DNA of 64,000 bases from an uncultured cyanobacterium (lineage in GTDB: Bacteria > Cyanobacteriota > Cyanobacteriia > Leptolyngbyales > Leptolyngbyaceae): NCBI GenBank assembly GCA_963766075.1, contig CAVYAN010000074.1:11864-75863 (forward strand), written 5' to 3'. Shown in pieces: positions 41,881 to 52,339 of this stretch. Numbering within the stretch: the stretch's first letter is position 1; every line of letters starts with the position of its first letter. The notes below the pieces were generated by a model that saw only the letters and a program-made list of their open reading frames with translations, did no database searches and was not told the origin of the DNA. The position numbers were made by a program, and so were the translations under genes.

Positions 41881-43161
41881 TCAGGTTCCAGGGGGATCGC
41901 AGCGATCCATCAATAAATAGGTCGTCATCGCACCTTTACCTTTAATCTCAATCTTGCCGCGAGGCTGGCAGTCATAGTCCTGCCGCAGATGCTCGTAGGT
42001 ACTTTGGGTGAGTTGAATTTCATCGGGCAAGCCGTGGGACTCCATGCGGCTGGCGGTATTCACCGTATCACCCCAAAGATCGTAAGCAAATTTCTTTAAG
42101 CCAATGACTCCGGCAATCACCGGTCCCGTGTGGATGCCTGTGCGAATGGCCAGTGCCTGCCCCGTATCCCGATTGTAGGCCCGTAATGCCGATCGCATAG
42201 CTAAGGCCATATCAGCGATCGCCGCCGCATGGTCCAGGCGCTGATAGGGAATGCCCGCCACTACCATATAGGCATCGCCAATCGTCTTAATTTTTTCCAG
42301 TCCATAGCGCTCTGCCAATTGGTCAAACAGAGAAAATACCGCGTTCAGTAAGTGGACAATTTCATCCGGAGACTTCTGGGTGGCCAATTGGGTAAAGCCC
42401 ACGATATCCGCGAACAGCACCGTCACCTCAGAAAAGTGATCCGCAATGACCGTTTGTTCCTGCAATAGGCGATCGGCGATGGATTCGGGTAAGACATTTA
42501 AGAGGAGTTGGTGCGATCGCTGCTGTTCCGCCCGCAGCTTTTGCTTGGTCTCAAATTCCGTCCGGGACAACCGCCCATACAAATACACCACCAGCGTTGG
42601 CAAGACACTATTCCAGGCCATATCAAAGAGCAAATCCCCGGCCTGCACTCCCGCCGGAAACACCCGGTACCGAAATAGCAAACCATTCACGCCCAAATAA
42701 TAGGCGTAGGCCCCCACGTGAGACAGCAAATGCCAGCGCCAGTGAAACGGAATAATCGTGGCCTGGGCAAAAAAGGTCATAATCCACCCTTTTAGATCCG
42801 GCACAACAGTGCCGGTAATCGTCTGCCCAACGTTGGTCAGAATGGTGACAATCCAAGACAGGCCCAAAAAGGTGATCATGGGTCGCCGTCTGCCCCATGG
42901 GGTATTCAGCCACAGCATTAAACAAGCCAGACTGACCGTGGTGATTACATTCAGGGTGAAGCGTAAATCCACAGGCTGCCCATGCCACTGCAAGCGCAGC
43001 CCCGCGATGATCGTAAAACTGAAAAAATAGCAAAAGGCGATCGCCACGCCCAAGGTCAACCGCTTCTGGATAAACCGTTGCTGCCAAGCGCCAAAATCGC
43101 CCCCCCCGGCATCACCCGGGCCTTCTAATAATCGAGAAATCCACTGAGTTCCTGCTTTCAC
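41881..43161 (-). CDS. Membrane-bound class III adenylate/guanylate cyclase
   Basis: TM helices; LFADIVGFT, KIKTIGDAYM, YDLWGDTVNTASRMES. Confidence 0.94.
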   Translation of the reverse strand: MKAGTQWISRLLEGPGDAGGGDFGAWQQRFIQKRLTLGVAIAFCYFFSFTIIAGLRLQWHGQPVDLRFTLNVITTVSLACLMLWLNTPWGRRRPMITFLGLSWIVTILTNVGQTITGTVVPDLKGWIMTFFAQATIIPFHWRWHLLSHVGAYAYYLGVNGLLFRYRVFPAGVQAGDLLFDMAWNSVLPTLVVYLYGRLSRTEFETKQKLRAEQQRSHQLLLNVLPESIADRLLQEQTVIADHFSEVTVLFADIVGFTQLATQKSPDEIVHLLNAVFSLFDQLAERYGLEKIKTIGDAYMVVAGIPYQRLDHAAAIADMALAMRSALRAYNRDTGQALAIRTGIHTGPVIAGVIGLKKFAYDLWGDTVNTASRMESHGLPDEIQLTQSTYEHLRQDYDCQPRGKIEIKGKGAMTTYLLMDRCDPPGT

Positions 43162-43360
43162 ATGTATTCCTGAGGACCGATCCCCGCTGCCCAGTTTTCC
43201 CTTTGTGCCAATATTCCCACGGAGTTTGTCATCGCACCAGTCGAAGAACCCATTGACTAGGGGATCTACTAGGAAGGGGGAGTTTCCGCCTCAGCAGCCA
43301 GCAGTTTTTGACAAGCGAAAAGGTCTTGACTAGCTAGCGCAAAAATCCTCCTTGCCTAGG

Positions 43361-43837
43361 CTATGACAGGTTCGCGATCGCCCGATCCACCAAATTAGAC
43401 AGCAGCGTCCGCTCCTCGACGGACATGCCCTCCATGGCTCGATCCCGCACCGCCATCGCAATGGGCGGCAGAATATCTTGCAGCCTGGACCCCGAGTCCG
43501 TCAGCCAAATGCGCCAAATGCGACGATCATGGCCATCGCGCTCACGCCGAATTAACCCACGGGTTTCCATGCGATCCAGGACACCCGTCATCGTGCCGCC
43601 AACTTGCTGTAGGCGATCGCCGATGGTGGAAATGGCGAGCCCATCTTCTTGCCAGAGGCAGCAGAGAACAACCCAGTGAAAAATGGTTAAGTCCAAGGGA
43701 TCAAGCTCGGCCTGAAACCGACGCGCCAAAAGCTGGGACAGGAGGCGCAGTCGATAGCCCATGCCGCTCGGAGCTAAGACAGGTTCCCATCCCGTTGGGG
43801 AGGTCGAGTTGAGTTCTGGTGAGGGCATTGGGAGCAT
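43361..43837 (-). CDS. MarR-family transcriptional regulator
   Basis: TMTGVLDRME.RGLI.R..DRR...I.LT..G; start uncertain. Confidence 0.9.
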   Translation of the reverse strand: MLPMPSPELNSTSPTGWEPVLAPSGMGYRLRLLSQLLARRFQAELDPLDLTIFHWVVLCCLWQEDGLAISTIGDRLQQVGGTMTGVLDRMETRGLIRRERDGHDRRIWRIWLTDSGSRLQDILPPIAMAVRDRAMEGMSVEERTLLSNLVDRAIANLS

Positions 43838-43957
43838 CCTTCTTGACTCGGCAGGGCTACAGCCGGGAGATGCAATCAACGGCAAGCATCCGACTTCCCT
43901 TGCCTAGGGGGAAGCGGTGGGGGCGATCTGCCTTCCGCCTGAATGAGCACTGCTTCC

Positions 43958-44467
43958 CTAGGGCAGGAGCAAGCGGGGCGGCGCTAGCCAAAACAAAGTG
44001 CTGTGGCCTAGAGGCGATCGCTCACGGGGCAGGGTAAGACCGATAATACCCGCTTTTTTAAGGATTAACCCACCCTGGGTCGTTCCCCACACCAGGCATT
44101 CTGCCCACAGGCTGAGGTTGGGTTCATGGCCGACTAAAGCCAAGGAATTCAACGGGGGGCTGGCTTGTAACCATGCGAACCAGTCTTCGATCTCGCCCTC
44201 TGGAGCTAAATAAGCGGCGATCTCAACTGCGGGACTCAGACCCGTTTCGACTAAAATTTGCGCCGTTTGCTGGGCGCGAACCAGGGGACTGCTCAGCAGG
44301 CGATCGCAGGTCACCCCTAACCCCTTCAGCCGCTTTGCGACTTGGCGGGTTTTCTCGATACCCGGAGCCGTGAGGGGGCGCTCGGCATCCTGGGCATAGG
44401 TGCCCCGTTCAGCCGCTAGCCCGTGGCGGATCAGATACAGCGTTAGCGTCGCATCAGGATCTCGCAT
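43958..44467 (-). CDS. sixA: Phosphohistidine phosphatase SixA
   Basis: LIRHG, RPLT, SSPLVRAQQTA, LVGHEP. Confidence 0.92.
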   Translation of the reverse strand: MRDPDATLTLYLIRHGLAAERGTYAQDAERPLTAPGIEKTRQVAKRLKGLGVTCDRLLSSPLVRAQQTAQILVETGLSPAVEIAAYLAPEGEIEDWFAWLQASPPLNSLALVGHEPNLSLWAECLVWGTTQGGLILKKAGIIGLTLPRERSPLGHSTLFWLAPPRLLLP

Positions 44468-44772
44468 CAGGGGCGGGGAGCAGCAGCCCGGTGCTCGCAG
44501 GGGGGGGCAGAAATGGAGTGATCCAGCCAGCCGACGGATTGCTGCAGACGGGCGATCGCTTCATCAGGCTGCTCTTTGAGCAGAAACACCAGCGCCGCTG
44601 CGACTTGCTCGCTGGCCCTAGCGGTGCGGTTAGACTTGAGCCGATGCCAATCTTTATCGGAAATGGTCAGGCGGGCGAGCAGGGCCTGGGCCAGTTCTGT
44701 GGTGCTGAATGGCTCGAGTGCGGTCTGATCCAGCGCTGAAGTAGCGGCACGCACCGGGGAATTTTGAAGCAT
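44467..44772 (-). CDS. Conserved cyanobacterial hypothetical protein (DUF6439-like)
   Basis: DWHRLKSNR..RA.EQ.AAAL..GWLD.SISAPPC; stop overlaps sixA start. Confidence 0.7.
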   Translation of the reverse strand: MLQNSPVRAATSALDQTALEPFSTTELAQALLARLTISDKDWHRLKSNRTARASEQVAAALVFLLKEQPDEAIARLQQSVGWLDHSISAPPCEHRAAAPRP

Positions 44773-44995
44773 GGGAAGCAGCCTCCAAAGGGGGTGTCAA
44801 ACAAAAAGAGCAGAGGATGTTGAGGGTCCTCTGCTTTCTATTATCGAACGGGTCATGCTTTCTGGCGGGCAAAGTTCCAGATAACCTTGGGATTGCGCCA
44901 GGAGATGCAGCAGGAGAATGGCGGTAGGGGAATTCTAAACGCCCGACGGCCACTCGTGGCAGACATTTCAAACCCTGGGAAACGCCCAAAATTAA

Positions 44996-45739
44996 TTACC
45001 AGGGCAGCGCGATCGCCCCACCAAACTTCCGCATTTCCGCAAAGAACTGGCCCTGTGCCCCACCTAATGGCAACGTGGCCAAATACACCGCCGTTTCAGC
45101 ACCTTCATCGGCGGTAAATGGGGCATCCGAGCCACCCATATCCGTTTGTATCCAGCCTGGAGAGTACGCATTCACCAAAATATTGGTGCCCTGAAGCTCC
45201 TTGGCCAAAAGCGTGGTTAAACCATTCAGCCCAACTTTGGACAGGCGGTACGACGGAGCCAGCGGATAGTAATCACTGGCCATCGTCGTGAGGGAAGCCA
45301 TCTCCGTGGACACGTTGACAATCCGCCCATAGTTTTGGGCGCGCATCAAGGGCAGAAGCGCCTGGGTGATCCGAGCTACCGCCAAAACATTGGTGGCAAA
45401 GGTAGCCAGCATTGTTTCCATGTGCACAGTGAGCAGGCTGGATTCTTCGGGCTGTGGCGTGGGGTTGATCCCGGCATTATTGACTAGAATATCAACCCTG
45501 CCGTGGGTTTGCTGCAACCAGGTCGTGAACTGCTGTACGCTGGCATCGCTGGTCACATCCAGGGCATGATAATCCACTGGACTGTTTTCGTGAGCGAGGC
45601 GTTGTTGCGCGGCTAGACCCGCTGGCTCTTGACGGCTCGTCAGCACCACTTGAATCTCCGCTTTTTGGGCCAATTGGCGGGCGATCGCGTAGCCCAACCC
45701 TTTGTGACCGCCCGTAATTACAGCAACTTTCTGGGTCAT
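44996..45739 (-). CDS. SDR oxidoreductase (carbonyl-reductase-like)
   Basis: TGGHKGLG, NNAG, YRLSK, PGWIQTDMGG. Confidence 0.93.
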   Translation of the reverse strand: MTQKVAVITGGHKGLGYAIARQLAQKAEIQVVLTSRQEPAGLAAQQRLAHENSPVDYHALDVTSDASVQQFTTWLQQTHGRVDILVNNAGINPTPQPEESSLLTVHMETMLATFATNVLAVARITQALLPLMRAQNYGRIVNVSTEMASLTTMASDYYPLAPSYRLSKVGLNGLTTLLAKELQGTNILVNAYSPGWIQTDMGGSDAPFTADEGAETAVYLATLPLGGAQGQFFAEMRKFGGAIALPW

Positions 45740-45835
45740 GGGGATCAACCTCGTTTATGGATTGAATCATCGGTATCGTTACCCTAACAAGCCTTAAACT
45801 ATTGAACAAGACGATTTTTTAGATAGAAAGTATCA

Positions 45836-46777
45836 ATGAAATCGATAAATTTGGCGGCCATTGATTTGAACCTACTGGTTGCTTTTGAAGCCCTAATGGA
45901 GCAGCGCAGTGTGACAAAAGCCGCTGAGCAACTTCAGATTGGGCAACCCGCTATGAGTGCCGCCCTCAACCGTTTGCGGGGCTTATTTGAAGATGATCTG
46001 TTTGTGCGATTGGGGCGGCAGATGCACCCAACGCGCAAAGCCCAAGCGATCGCCCCCGGTATTCTGGCGGCCTTGCAGCAAATTCGCCAAACCGTTACCG
46101 CCAGTCAGGCGTTTGATCCGACGGTCAGCGATCGCATCTTTGCCCTGGGCAGTTCAGACTACAGCAGCTTTGTCTTGGTCCCCCCTCTACTGGAGTGGAG
46201 CCGTCAAGCCGCCCCATCGGTTAACTTTCGCATGATTGGCTTTGAGAAGGACACTGTGGGAGAGTTACTCGCACAAGGCTCAATCGATTTGGCATTCGGT
46301 GTTTTTCCCGATCCCCCGCGCCAAACCCACTGGGAACCTATTTTTGAAGAACACTTTGTGGGCATCGCCCGCCAAGGCCATCCGGCGGTCATCCAGGGAA
46401 CGATGAGTCTCGAGTCCTTCAGTACTCTCTCCCATGCCCTCACGACCCTCCGCCGCGACACCACAGGCGCAATCGACAAGGCGTTGCAGGCACAAAACTT
46501 AGCGCGTCGGATTGCCTTGACCACGCCGCATATGCTGGTTTTACCCTTTGCGATCGCGGCCAGTGACTTGGTCGCAGCAGTGCCCAGTCGTCTGGCGCAA
46601 AACTTCGTAAAGGTCTGTCAGTTGACAACTTTTGAACTGCCGGTGCAGACAAAACCGTGGCTGGTTTCCATGCTGTGGAGTGTGTTGAGCGAGCAAGATG
46701 AGGCCCACCGTTGGCTCCGCCACACCATTCGCCAAGTTTGCAGCACCATCAATGTAAACTCAATCAAGTCGAACTAA
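45836..46777 (+). CDS. LysR-family regulator (NodD/MexT-like), divergent from the SDR gene
   Basis: IDLNLLVAF..SVTKAA..QPAMSAALNRLR..D.LFVR. Confidence 0.95.
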   Translation: MKSINLAAIDLNLLVAFEALMEQRSVTKAAEQLQIGQPAMSAALNRLRGLFEDDLFVRLGRQMHPTRKAQAIAPGILAALQQIRQTVTASQAFDPTVSDRIFALGSSDYSSFVLVPPLLEWSRQAAPSVNFRMIGFEKDTVGELLAQGSIDLAFGVFPDPPRQTHWEPIFEEHFVGIARQGHPAVIQGTMSLESFSTLSHALTTLRRDTTGAIDKALQAQNLARRIALTTPHMLVLPFAIAASDLVAAVPSRLAQNFVKVCQLTTFELPVQTKPWLVSMLWSVLSEQDEAHRWLRHTIRQVCSTINVNSIKSN

Positions 46778-46974
46778 ACCCCGGGCAAACTCATATCCAG
46801 CTACATTTGTGGATACGCTTTTTTATGGGTGTTTTTTAGTGAGTGTATTGATGGATTCACTGATGGATATACTCGTAAACTTGCCATATCCGTTGCAACG
46901 TTATAAAGTTTCGTATAGGTTCAGAAACAAATACTGAGCTACGAAACTATGTACTTACATAAAACATAGCGGCA

Positions 46975-47327
46975 ATGTTGTTGGATTTGATTACATTTTC
47001 ACTGGATCACAGAAGCCATCATCTTAACTACTGGGGATGGATAGTGATGGAAATCGCTACAGCCATCCTGATTATTGACGCAATATCCCCCTCGGGACTG
47101 TTGAAACAAGTTCTAGAAACCAAATGGTTGTTCTGGATTGGATCTATTCCTACGGCTTATATCTGTGGCATCCAGCGATTTTCAAGATCATGCAGCTTGG
47201 CCATTTTGAAGCTCCGATGGTTTTGTTGCTGGGCGGCAGGCTGACTTTTACGATGGCTTCTTTGTCTTTCTATTTCGTCGAGCAGCCCATCCTGCGCATG
47301 AAGCATTCCCCCCAGAAAACCGCGTGA
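46975..47327 (+). pseudogene. 3' fragment of an acyltransferase-3 (OafA-like) gene, frameshifted
   Basis: L.WIG..SYGLYLWH..LSFYFVEQP split across two frames near 47140; 5' part missing. Confidence 0.7.
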
Positions 47328-47361
47328 AATGCTGATTATTTTGCTCTCATGCAGACCGACC

Positions 47362-48696
47362 TTAGGCTGGGTTGGCGTAGGCAAGTTTCCCTGCGACATA
47401 GGTGGCTTTGATCGTGCGATCGTCCCCAAGCATCATCACGGCAAAGACCTGGGACGCTAATTCCTCCAAAGAGGTTGCGATCGCTTGGGGATTACGCAAT
47501 TTCATCAGGGGAGTTGCTTGCACGTCCAGCACAATGAAATCGGCTTCCTTACCCACGGCAAAGTTGCCCAATTTACTATCCAGGGACAGGGACCGAGCTG
47601 CTCCTAAAGTCGCCAAATAAAATGACTGAAAAGCAGAGAGGTTTTGTCCTCGCAGTTGGGTGATTTTGTAGGCATCGCTCATGGTTTGCAGCAGGGAAAA
47701 ACTGGTACCGCCGCCAACATCCGTGCCTAGGGCTACTTTGACCGGGTACTCGGGTGATTTAGCTTGGGCCAAGTTGAATAAGCCACTGCCCAGAAATAGG
47801 TTGGCGGTGGGGCAAAAGGCAATGGTGGCCCCAGCTTGGGACAGTCGCCTAAAGCTCGAATCATTGAGTTGGACGCAGTGGGCAAAAATCGATCGATCGC
47901 CCACCAAGCCAAACCGTTCATACACATTTAAATAGTCAATACTGTCAGGAAAAAGTTCTGCCGTGAACTCCACTTCCTTGAGGTTTTCCGACAGATGGGT
48001 ATGCACATAAACATCAGGAAATTCCGCCTTCAGGCTGCCCGCCAGTTGCAGTTCTTGTTCCGTAGAGGTGATGGCAAAGCGGGGCGTAATGGCATAAAGC
48101 GATCGACCGTTGCCGTGCCAGGTTTGAATCTGCTCCCGAGTCTGGGCATAGGCGGTTTCGGCATCATTCAGCAAAAAATCGGGAGCATGGCGTGTCATCA
48201 GGACTTGGCCAGCAATGATGCGCATATTGCGCTTTGCCGCCTCTTCAAACAGTACGGTCACGGATTGGGGGAAGATGGTCGTTAGGACTAGCGCCGTAGT
48301 TGTGCCTTGTTTGAGCAACTCATCCAGAAAAAATTGGGCAATTTCTCGGGCATAGGCTTCGTCTTTGAACTTCACTTCGGTGGGAAAGGTATACTTATCC
48401 AGCCATTCCAGCAGTTGCGCCCCATAGGAGGCAATCATTTCTGTCTGGGGATAGTGAATGTGGGCGTCAATAAATCCCGGCGAAATTAAGTGTCCCGGTG
48501 GATAGGTTGTCACCTCAATGTGGGGGAATTGACGCGACACAGTCGCGTAGTCCCCAAAGGCCCTGATATGGCCCCCTTCCAGAACGAGGAGACCATCGGG
48601 CTGATACCGGACGCTGGCGGAGACTGGCACATAAAAGGGATCCTCAATAAAATCCAAAAAGGCCCCGCGAATGGCTGTTAACGTAGAATTAGACAT
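47362..48696 (-). CDS. guaD: Guanine deaminase
   Basis: PGFIDAHIHYPQ, ITPRFA, HTHLSEN, FAHC, LGTDVGGG. Confidence 0.95.
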   Translation of the reverse strand: MSNSTLTAIRGAFLDFIEDPFYVPVSASVRYQPDGLLVLEGGHIRAFGDYATVSRQFPHIEVTTYPPGHLISPGFIDAHIHYPQTEMIASYGAQLLEWLDKYTFPTEVKFKDEAYAREIAQFFLDELLKQGTTTALVLTTIFPQSVTVLFEEAAKRNMRIIAGQVLMTRHAPDFLLNDAETAYAQTREQIQTWHGNGRSLYAITPRFAITSTEQELQLAGSLKAEFPDVYVHTHLSENLKEVEFTAELFPDSIDYLNVYERFGLVGDRSIFAHCVQLNDSSFRRLSQAGATIAFCPTANLFLGSGLFNLAQAKSPEYPVKVALGTDVGGGTSFSLLQTMSDAYKITQLRGQNLSAFQSFYLATLGAARSLSLDSKLGNFAVGKEADFIVLDVQATPLMKLRNPQAIATSLEELASQVFAVMMLGDDRTIKATYVAGKLAYANPA

Positions 48697-48764
48697 GCAT
48701 TATTCCCAGAAGGACGATGACGCAAGGCCAAGGGAGATGCGGGTGGGGTAGAAAACCTCAAACT

Positions 48765-48795
48765 CTGATGGACGCGAATTAATCACGTCCATCAG
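48765..48795. other. Intergenic stem-loop between the BMP gene and guaD
   Basis: CTGATGGACG-N11-CGTCCATCAG perfect 10-bp arms, no U-tract. Confidence 0.6.
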
Positions 48796-48843
48796 GGATA
48801 TATCGACACGGCACCCTCATTAAACCCATGGCGATGGCGATGG

Positions 48844-50034
48844 CTAAACCTTACCCAAAACTCCATCGGCCAACCAATCCATCTTGTCCAGAACGGGATC
48901 GGTCAGGGTATAGGACGTGCCCTTGGCAATCTTGACGGCACCATCATTACTCTTGATTTCGCCCTGATAAACCAGCAGCGAGCCACCCACAAGCTTGGTT
49001 TTCGTGGCCTCCGCATCTTTTTTCGTCGCCTCCGACACCGCCGGACCAAAGTCAGCCAGTTTAACGAATTTATCCTTTAGACTCCCCCGAACCATATGGG
49101 GAATGCCGCCATTCATCAAGGTTTTACCTCCCTTAATCATCTCGGCAAAGTTGCTGTAAACACTGGTCCAATCCCACGCTGTGCCGGTGATGTAGCCCTT
49201 GGGGGCCAGAGCCGCCTGAACGGTGTGGAACCCAGAGGCAAAAATCCCCCGCTTTTCTGCCGTTTCAATAATCACCTTGGGACTGTCCACATGCATACCG
49301 ATGACATCCACCCCTTGGTCTGCCAGGGAGTTAGCCGCTTCTGCTTCCTTCACCGGTAGTGACCAATCACCCGTAAAGATAACCTGCATTTTAATCCCCG
49401 GCTTGACGCTGCGGGCACCCAGCATAAAACTGTTGAGATTGCGCAGCACTGGATTAATCGGCTTAGCAGCGATGAACCCCAGCTTACCCGTCTTGGATGT
49501 TTGGGCGGCAACCCGTCCGGCGATAAACTGGGAGTCATCTACATCAGCAAAATAGCTGCCCACGTTTTTGGGCATGCCCTCTTTCCACAGTGCGCCGCAG
49601 TGAAAAAACTGCACATTGGGGTATTCGGCAGCCAATTTCAAAATGTGGGGATCAAAGTAGCCAAAGGATGTGGGAAATAGGACTGTGGCTTTGTCCTGCT
49701 CGATCATACTGCGCATCGCCTCTTGGACATCGTTGGTTTCAGGAACATTCGCTTGTTCCACCGTTTTGATGCCGGGGAGTTTGCTCACCCCTTCCTTACC
49801 TTCTGCGTGGGCCTGATTCCACCCATAGTCATCCTTAGCACCCACATACAAAAACCCCATGACTAAAGGATTGTCACCTGATGACGTACTGGCGGCAGGA
49901 CTTTCAGAACCTGCGGGGGGAGAACTGGATGTACATCCAGTCCACAGCTTGGATGTGGCACCAAAGGCAGCCGCAGAAAGCAGTCCCCGCATGACTTGGC
50001 GACGATGTAGGTAAAAAGGGGGCTTCGTACTCAT
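48844..50034 (-). CDS. BMP-family ABC transporter substrate-binding protein (purine/nucleoside type)
   Basis: Twin-arginine signal RRQVMR then Cys; GFLYVG..DYGWNQAH, TSFGY, GKLGFIAA. Confidence 0.9.
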   Translation of the reverse strand: MSTKPPFYLHRRQVMRGLLSAAAFGATSKLWTGCTSSSPPAGSESPAASTSSGDNPLVMGFLYVGAKDDYGWNQAHAEGKEGVSKLPGIKTVEQANVPETNDVQEAMRSMIEQDKATVLFPTSFGYFDPHILKLAAEYPNVQFFHCGALWKEGMPKNVGSYFADVDDSQFIAGRVAAQTSKTGKLGFIAAKPINPVLRNLNSFMLGARSVKPGIKMQVIFTGDWSLPVKEAEAANSLADQGVDVIGMHVDSPKVIIETAEKRGIFASGFHTVQAALAPKGYITGTAWDWTSVYSNFAEMIKGGKTLMNGGIPHMVRGSLKDKFVKLADFGPAVSEATKKDAEATKTKLVGGSLLVYQGEIKSNDGAVKIAKGTSYTLTDPVLDKMDWLADGVLGKV

Positions 50035-50130
50035 TCAAAAATTCTCCGTAGGTTGAGGCGGTGAGGAATACCAGGTCTATCCAGTGACGGATGCTGTTCT
50101 CAATCCAAACTCAGTCACCCAGAAACTTTT

Positions 50131-50144
50131 GTATTGATAGCTAC
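50131..50144. promoter_or_regulatory. NtcA-type box GTA-N8-TAC upstream of BMP-guaD
   Basis: GTATTGATAGCTAC, 97 bp upstream of the BMP start; no canonical TAN3T at 22 nt. Confidence 0.55.
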
Positions 50145-50198
50145 GGTTCACCGGGCTTCCAGTGTATACGGCATGCATTTTGTTTTGCACTCGGCCTG

Positions 50199-50720
50199 CT
50201 AAAAATCCCAGCCGTCTAGCTTTGGCTTTGGCAATGGTCCTGACATGGCTTGGAGGGCCGCACACTCTGCGGCGGCAGCCAATTTAGCGGCGATCGCCTC
50301 GGCATGGGGACGCATCACCGACCAAAAAATCGGCGATAACCAGCCGCGTAGGGTTACGGAATAAGACACACAGGAGCCCAACACCGTAGACTTCACCTGA
50401 TAGGTAACCTGCTCTTCTAATCCCGGAAACATGAGAATTCGCACGCTTAAGAGTTCATGGGGACAGACCTGCTCGACAAAAATTTGCATGGGAATCGGGA
50501 TCCGTCGGGTCACCGCTTGATACATCAGACCGGGCTTAGGGACAAGTCCGTGGGGCAAATTCGTCCTCGCCAACACCGGGTGCCAAGAGACATCCCCAAG
50601 ATCCATCAGCTTGCGCCACAGCTCATCCACCGAAGCCAAGCTGATCGCCTGATAAGTTTTAGCCAAAGAGGATTGCAGCCGTCGCTGACGCAGCCTTAGT
50701 CGTAAAGGGATTCTAAACAT
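50199..50720 (-). CDS. SRPBCC/polyketide-cyclase-like protein
   Basis: ASVDELW..DVSWHP..SYSVTLRGWLSP. Confidence 0.75.
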   Translation of the reverse strand: MFRIPLRLRLRQRRLQSSLAKTYQAISLASVDELWRKLMDLGDVSWHPVLARTNLPHGLVPKPGLMYQAVTRRIPIPMQIFVEQVCPHELLSVRILMFPGLEEQVTYQVKSTVLGSCVSYSVTLRGWLSPIFWSVMRPHAEAIAAKLAAAAECAALQAMSGPLPKPKLDGWDF

Positions 50721-51158
50721 CTTCGCACATGCTCCTACACCAACCGACTCCTACACTAACCGGATCAATACGGAGCCAGAACAGCAGCACAGTCGGCGGC
50801 AGATCGCCATGCCGTTCCCGCTGTTTGTCCATACTGCTGTTTATCCATAACTCCTGATCAAATCCTGATCCTGATCAAACCCTACCGCTATTCATTCATC
50901 TGATCTAGACTATCGTCCTCTTCGGGATTTGCGATCGCCCTTTAGGAATAGTTGCATGGCAACACGCGCTGTAGCGGAGAAATCGGGCGCTGCCAGACCA
51001 TGATTTTGTTACGCAGTGTTGCAAAAATTATCCCGGCAGTTGGAGGCGAACCCAATTCACGCTAGTGTTTTACGAGGTGATGACAAATCATTTTTGGCAT
51101 TCGTTGATTGGCATTCGTTGAATAGAGACGTAGTTTACGTATTTTTTGAGTAGAGACT

Positions 51159-52217
51159 ATGACAGCATTTTCCCCGCCCGTTCAGGAGACTGCATCCAGT
51201 TCCCTCTTACCACCCAGTGACTCACGCGAGCGCGTCAGCCACTTCTTAAAATCCCTTCAAGACAATATTTGCAGTGGTTTGGAGCAGTTGGACGGCCAGG
51301 GGACGTTTCGAGAAGATAGCTGGGTGCGTGAAGAGGGCGGCGGCGGGCGATCGCGGGTCATCCGTGATGGCGGCATCTTTGAGCAGGGTGGCGTCAACTT
51401 CTCGGAAGTGTGGGGCGATGATTTGCCCCCGTCCATCCTGGTGCAGCGTCCCGAAGCCAAGGGACACCGCTTCTATGCAACGGGGACTTCCATGGTGCTG
51501 CACCCGCGCAATCCCTTCATTCCCACGGTGCATCTTAACTATCGCTATTTTGAAGCGGGTCCGGTGTGGTGGTTTGGTGGCGGGATTGACCTCACGCCCT
51601 ACTACCCCTTCGAAGAAGACGTAGTACATTTCCACACCACCCTGAAAAATGCCTGCGATCAACACAACCCCGAATACTACCCCACCTTTAAGCTCTGGTG
51701 TGACGAGTATTTCTACTTAAAGCACCGCCAAGAAACCCGTGGGGTCGGTGGAATTTTCTTTGACTATCAAGATTTGCAAGGCGATTTGTATCCGATTGCC
51801 TATCCCGGTTCTGGCATAGATACCGCAGCCGCGCAGCGTAGCAAGGCTGTTGGGCCAGTGAAGGGACGCTCTTGGGAGGATATTTTCGCCTTTATCCAGT
51901 CCTGCGGAAATGCATTCTTGCCCGCCTATGTTCCCATTGCCCAACGGCGGCAAGCGATGGAATACAGCGATCGCCAGCGGGACTTCCAACTCTACCGTCG
52001 GGGCCGCTACGTCGAATTCAACTTGGTCTATGATCGGGGCACCATTTTTGGCCTGCAAACCAATGGCCGCACGGAATCTATCCTGATGTCCTTACCCCCC
52101 TTGGTGCGCTGGGAATACAACTACCAGCCTGAACCTGGCAGCTCCGAGGCCCGTCTCTATGACATTTTTCTGAAGCCCCAGGATTGGGTCAATTGGCCCA
52201 GCAGTCCTGGAGCCTAA
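51159..52217 (+). CDS. hemF: Oxygen-dependent coproporphyrinogen III oxidase
   Basis: [50 protein letters not shown]. Confidence 0.97.
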   Translation: MTAFSPPVQETASSSLLPPSDSRERVSHFLKSLQDNICSGLEQLDGQGTFREDSWVREEGGGGRSRVIRDGGIFEQGGVNFSEVWGDDLPPSILVQRPEAKGHRFYATGTSMVLHPRNPFIPTVHLNYRYFEAGPVWWFGGGIDLTPYYPFEEDVVHFHTTLKNACDQHNPEYYPTFKLWCDEYFYLKHRQETRGVGGIFFDYQDLQGDLYPIAYPGSGIDTAAAQRSKAVGPVKGRSWEDIFAFIQSCGNAFLPAYVPIAQRRQAMEYSDRQRDFQLYRRGRYVEFNLVYDRGTIFGLQTNGRTESILMSLPPLVRWEYNYQPEPGSSEARLYDIFLKPQDWVNWPSSPGA

Positions 52218-52261
52218 GGCGGCTCTCGATAGAGAATTTTTGAATGATGACTTAAATCATT

Positions 52262-52288
52262 AAAGGCGGTGGTTAAGCCGCCTTTTTT
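52262..52288 (+). terminator. Intrinsic terminator after hemF
   Basis: AAAGGCGG-TGGTTAAG-CCGCCTTTTTT. Confidence 0.8.
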
Positions 52289-52339
52289 GTGATTTATCGT
52301 AATTCTAAGATTGCCCATCTAGGGTTCAGGCAGGTTCGG

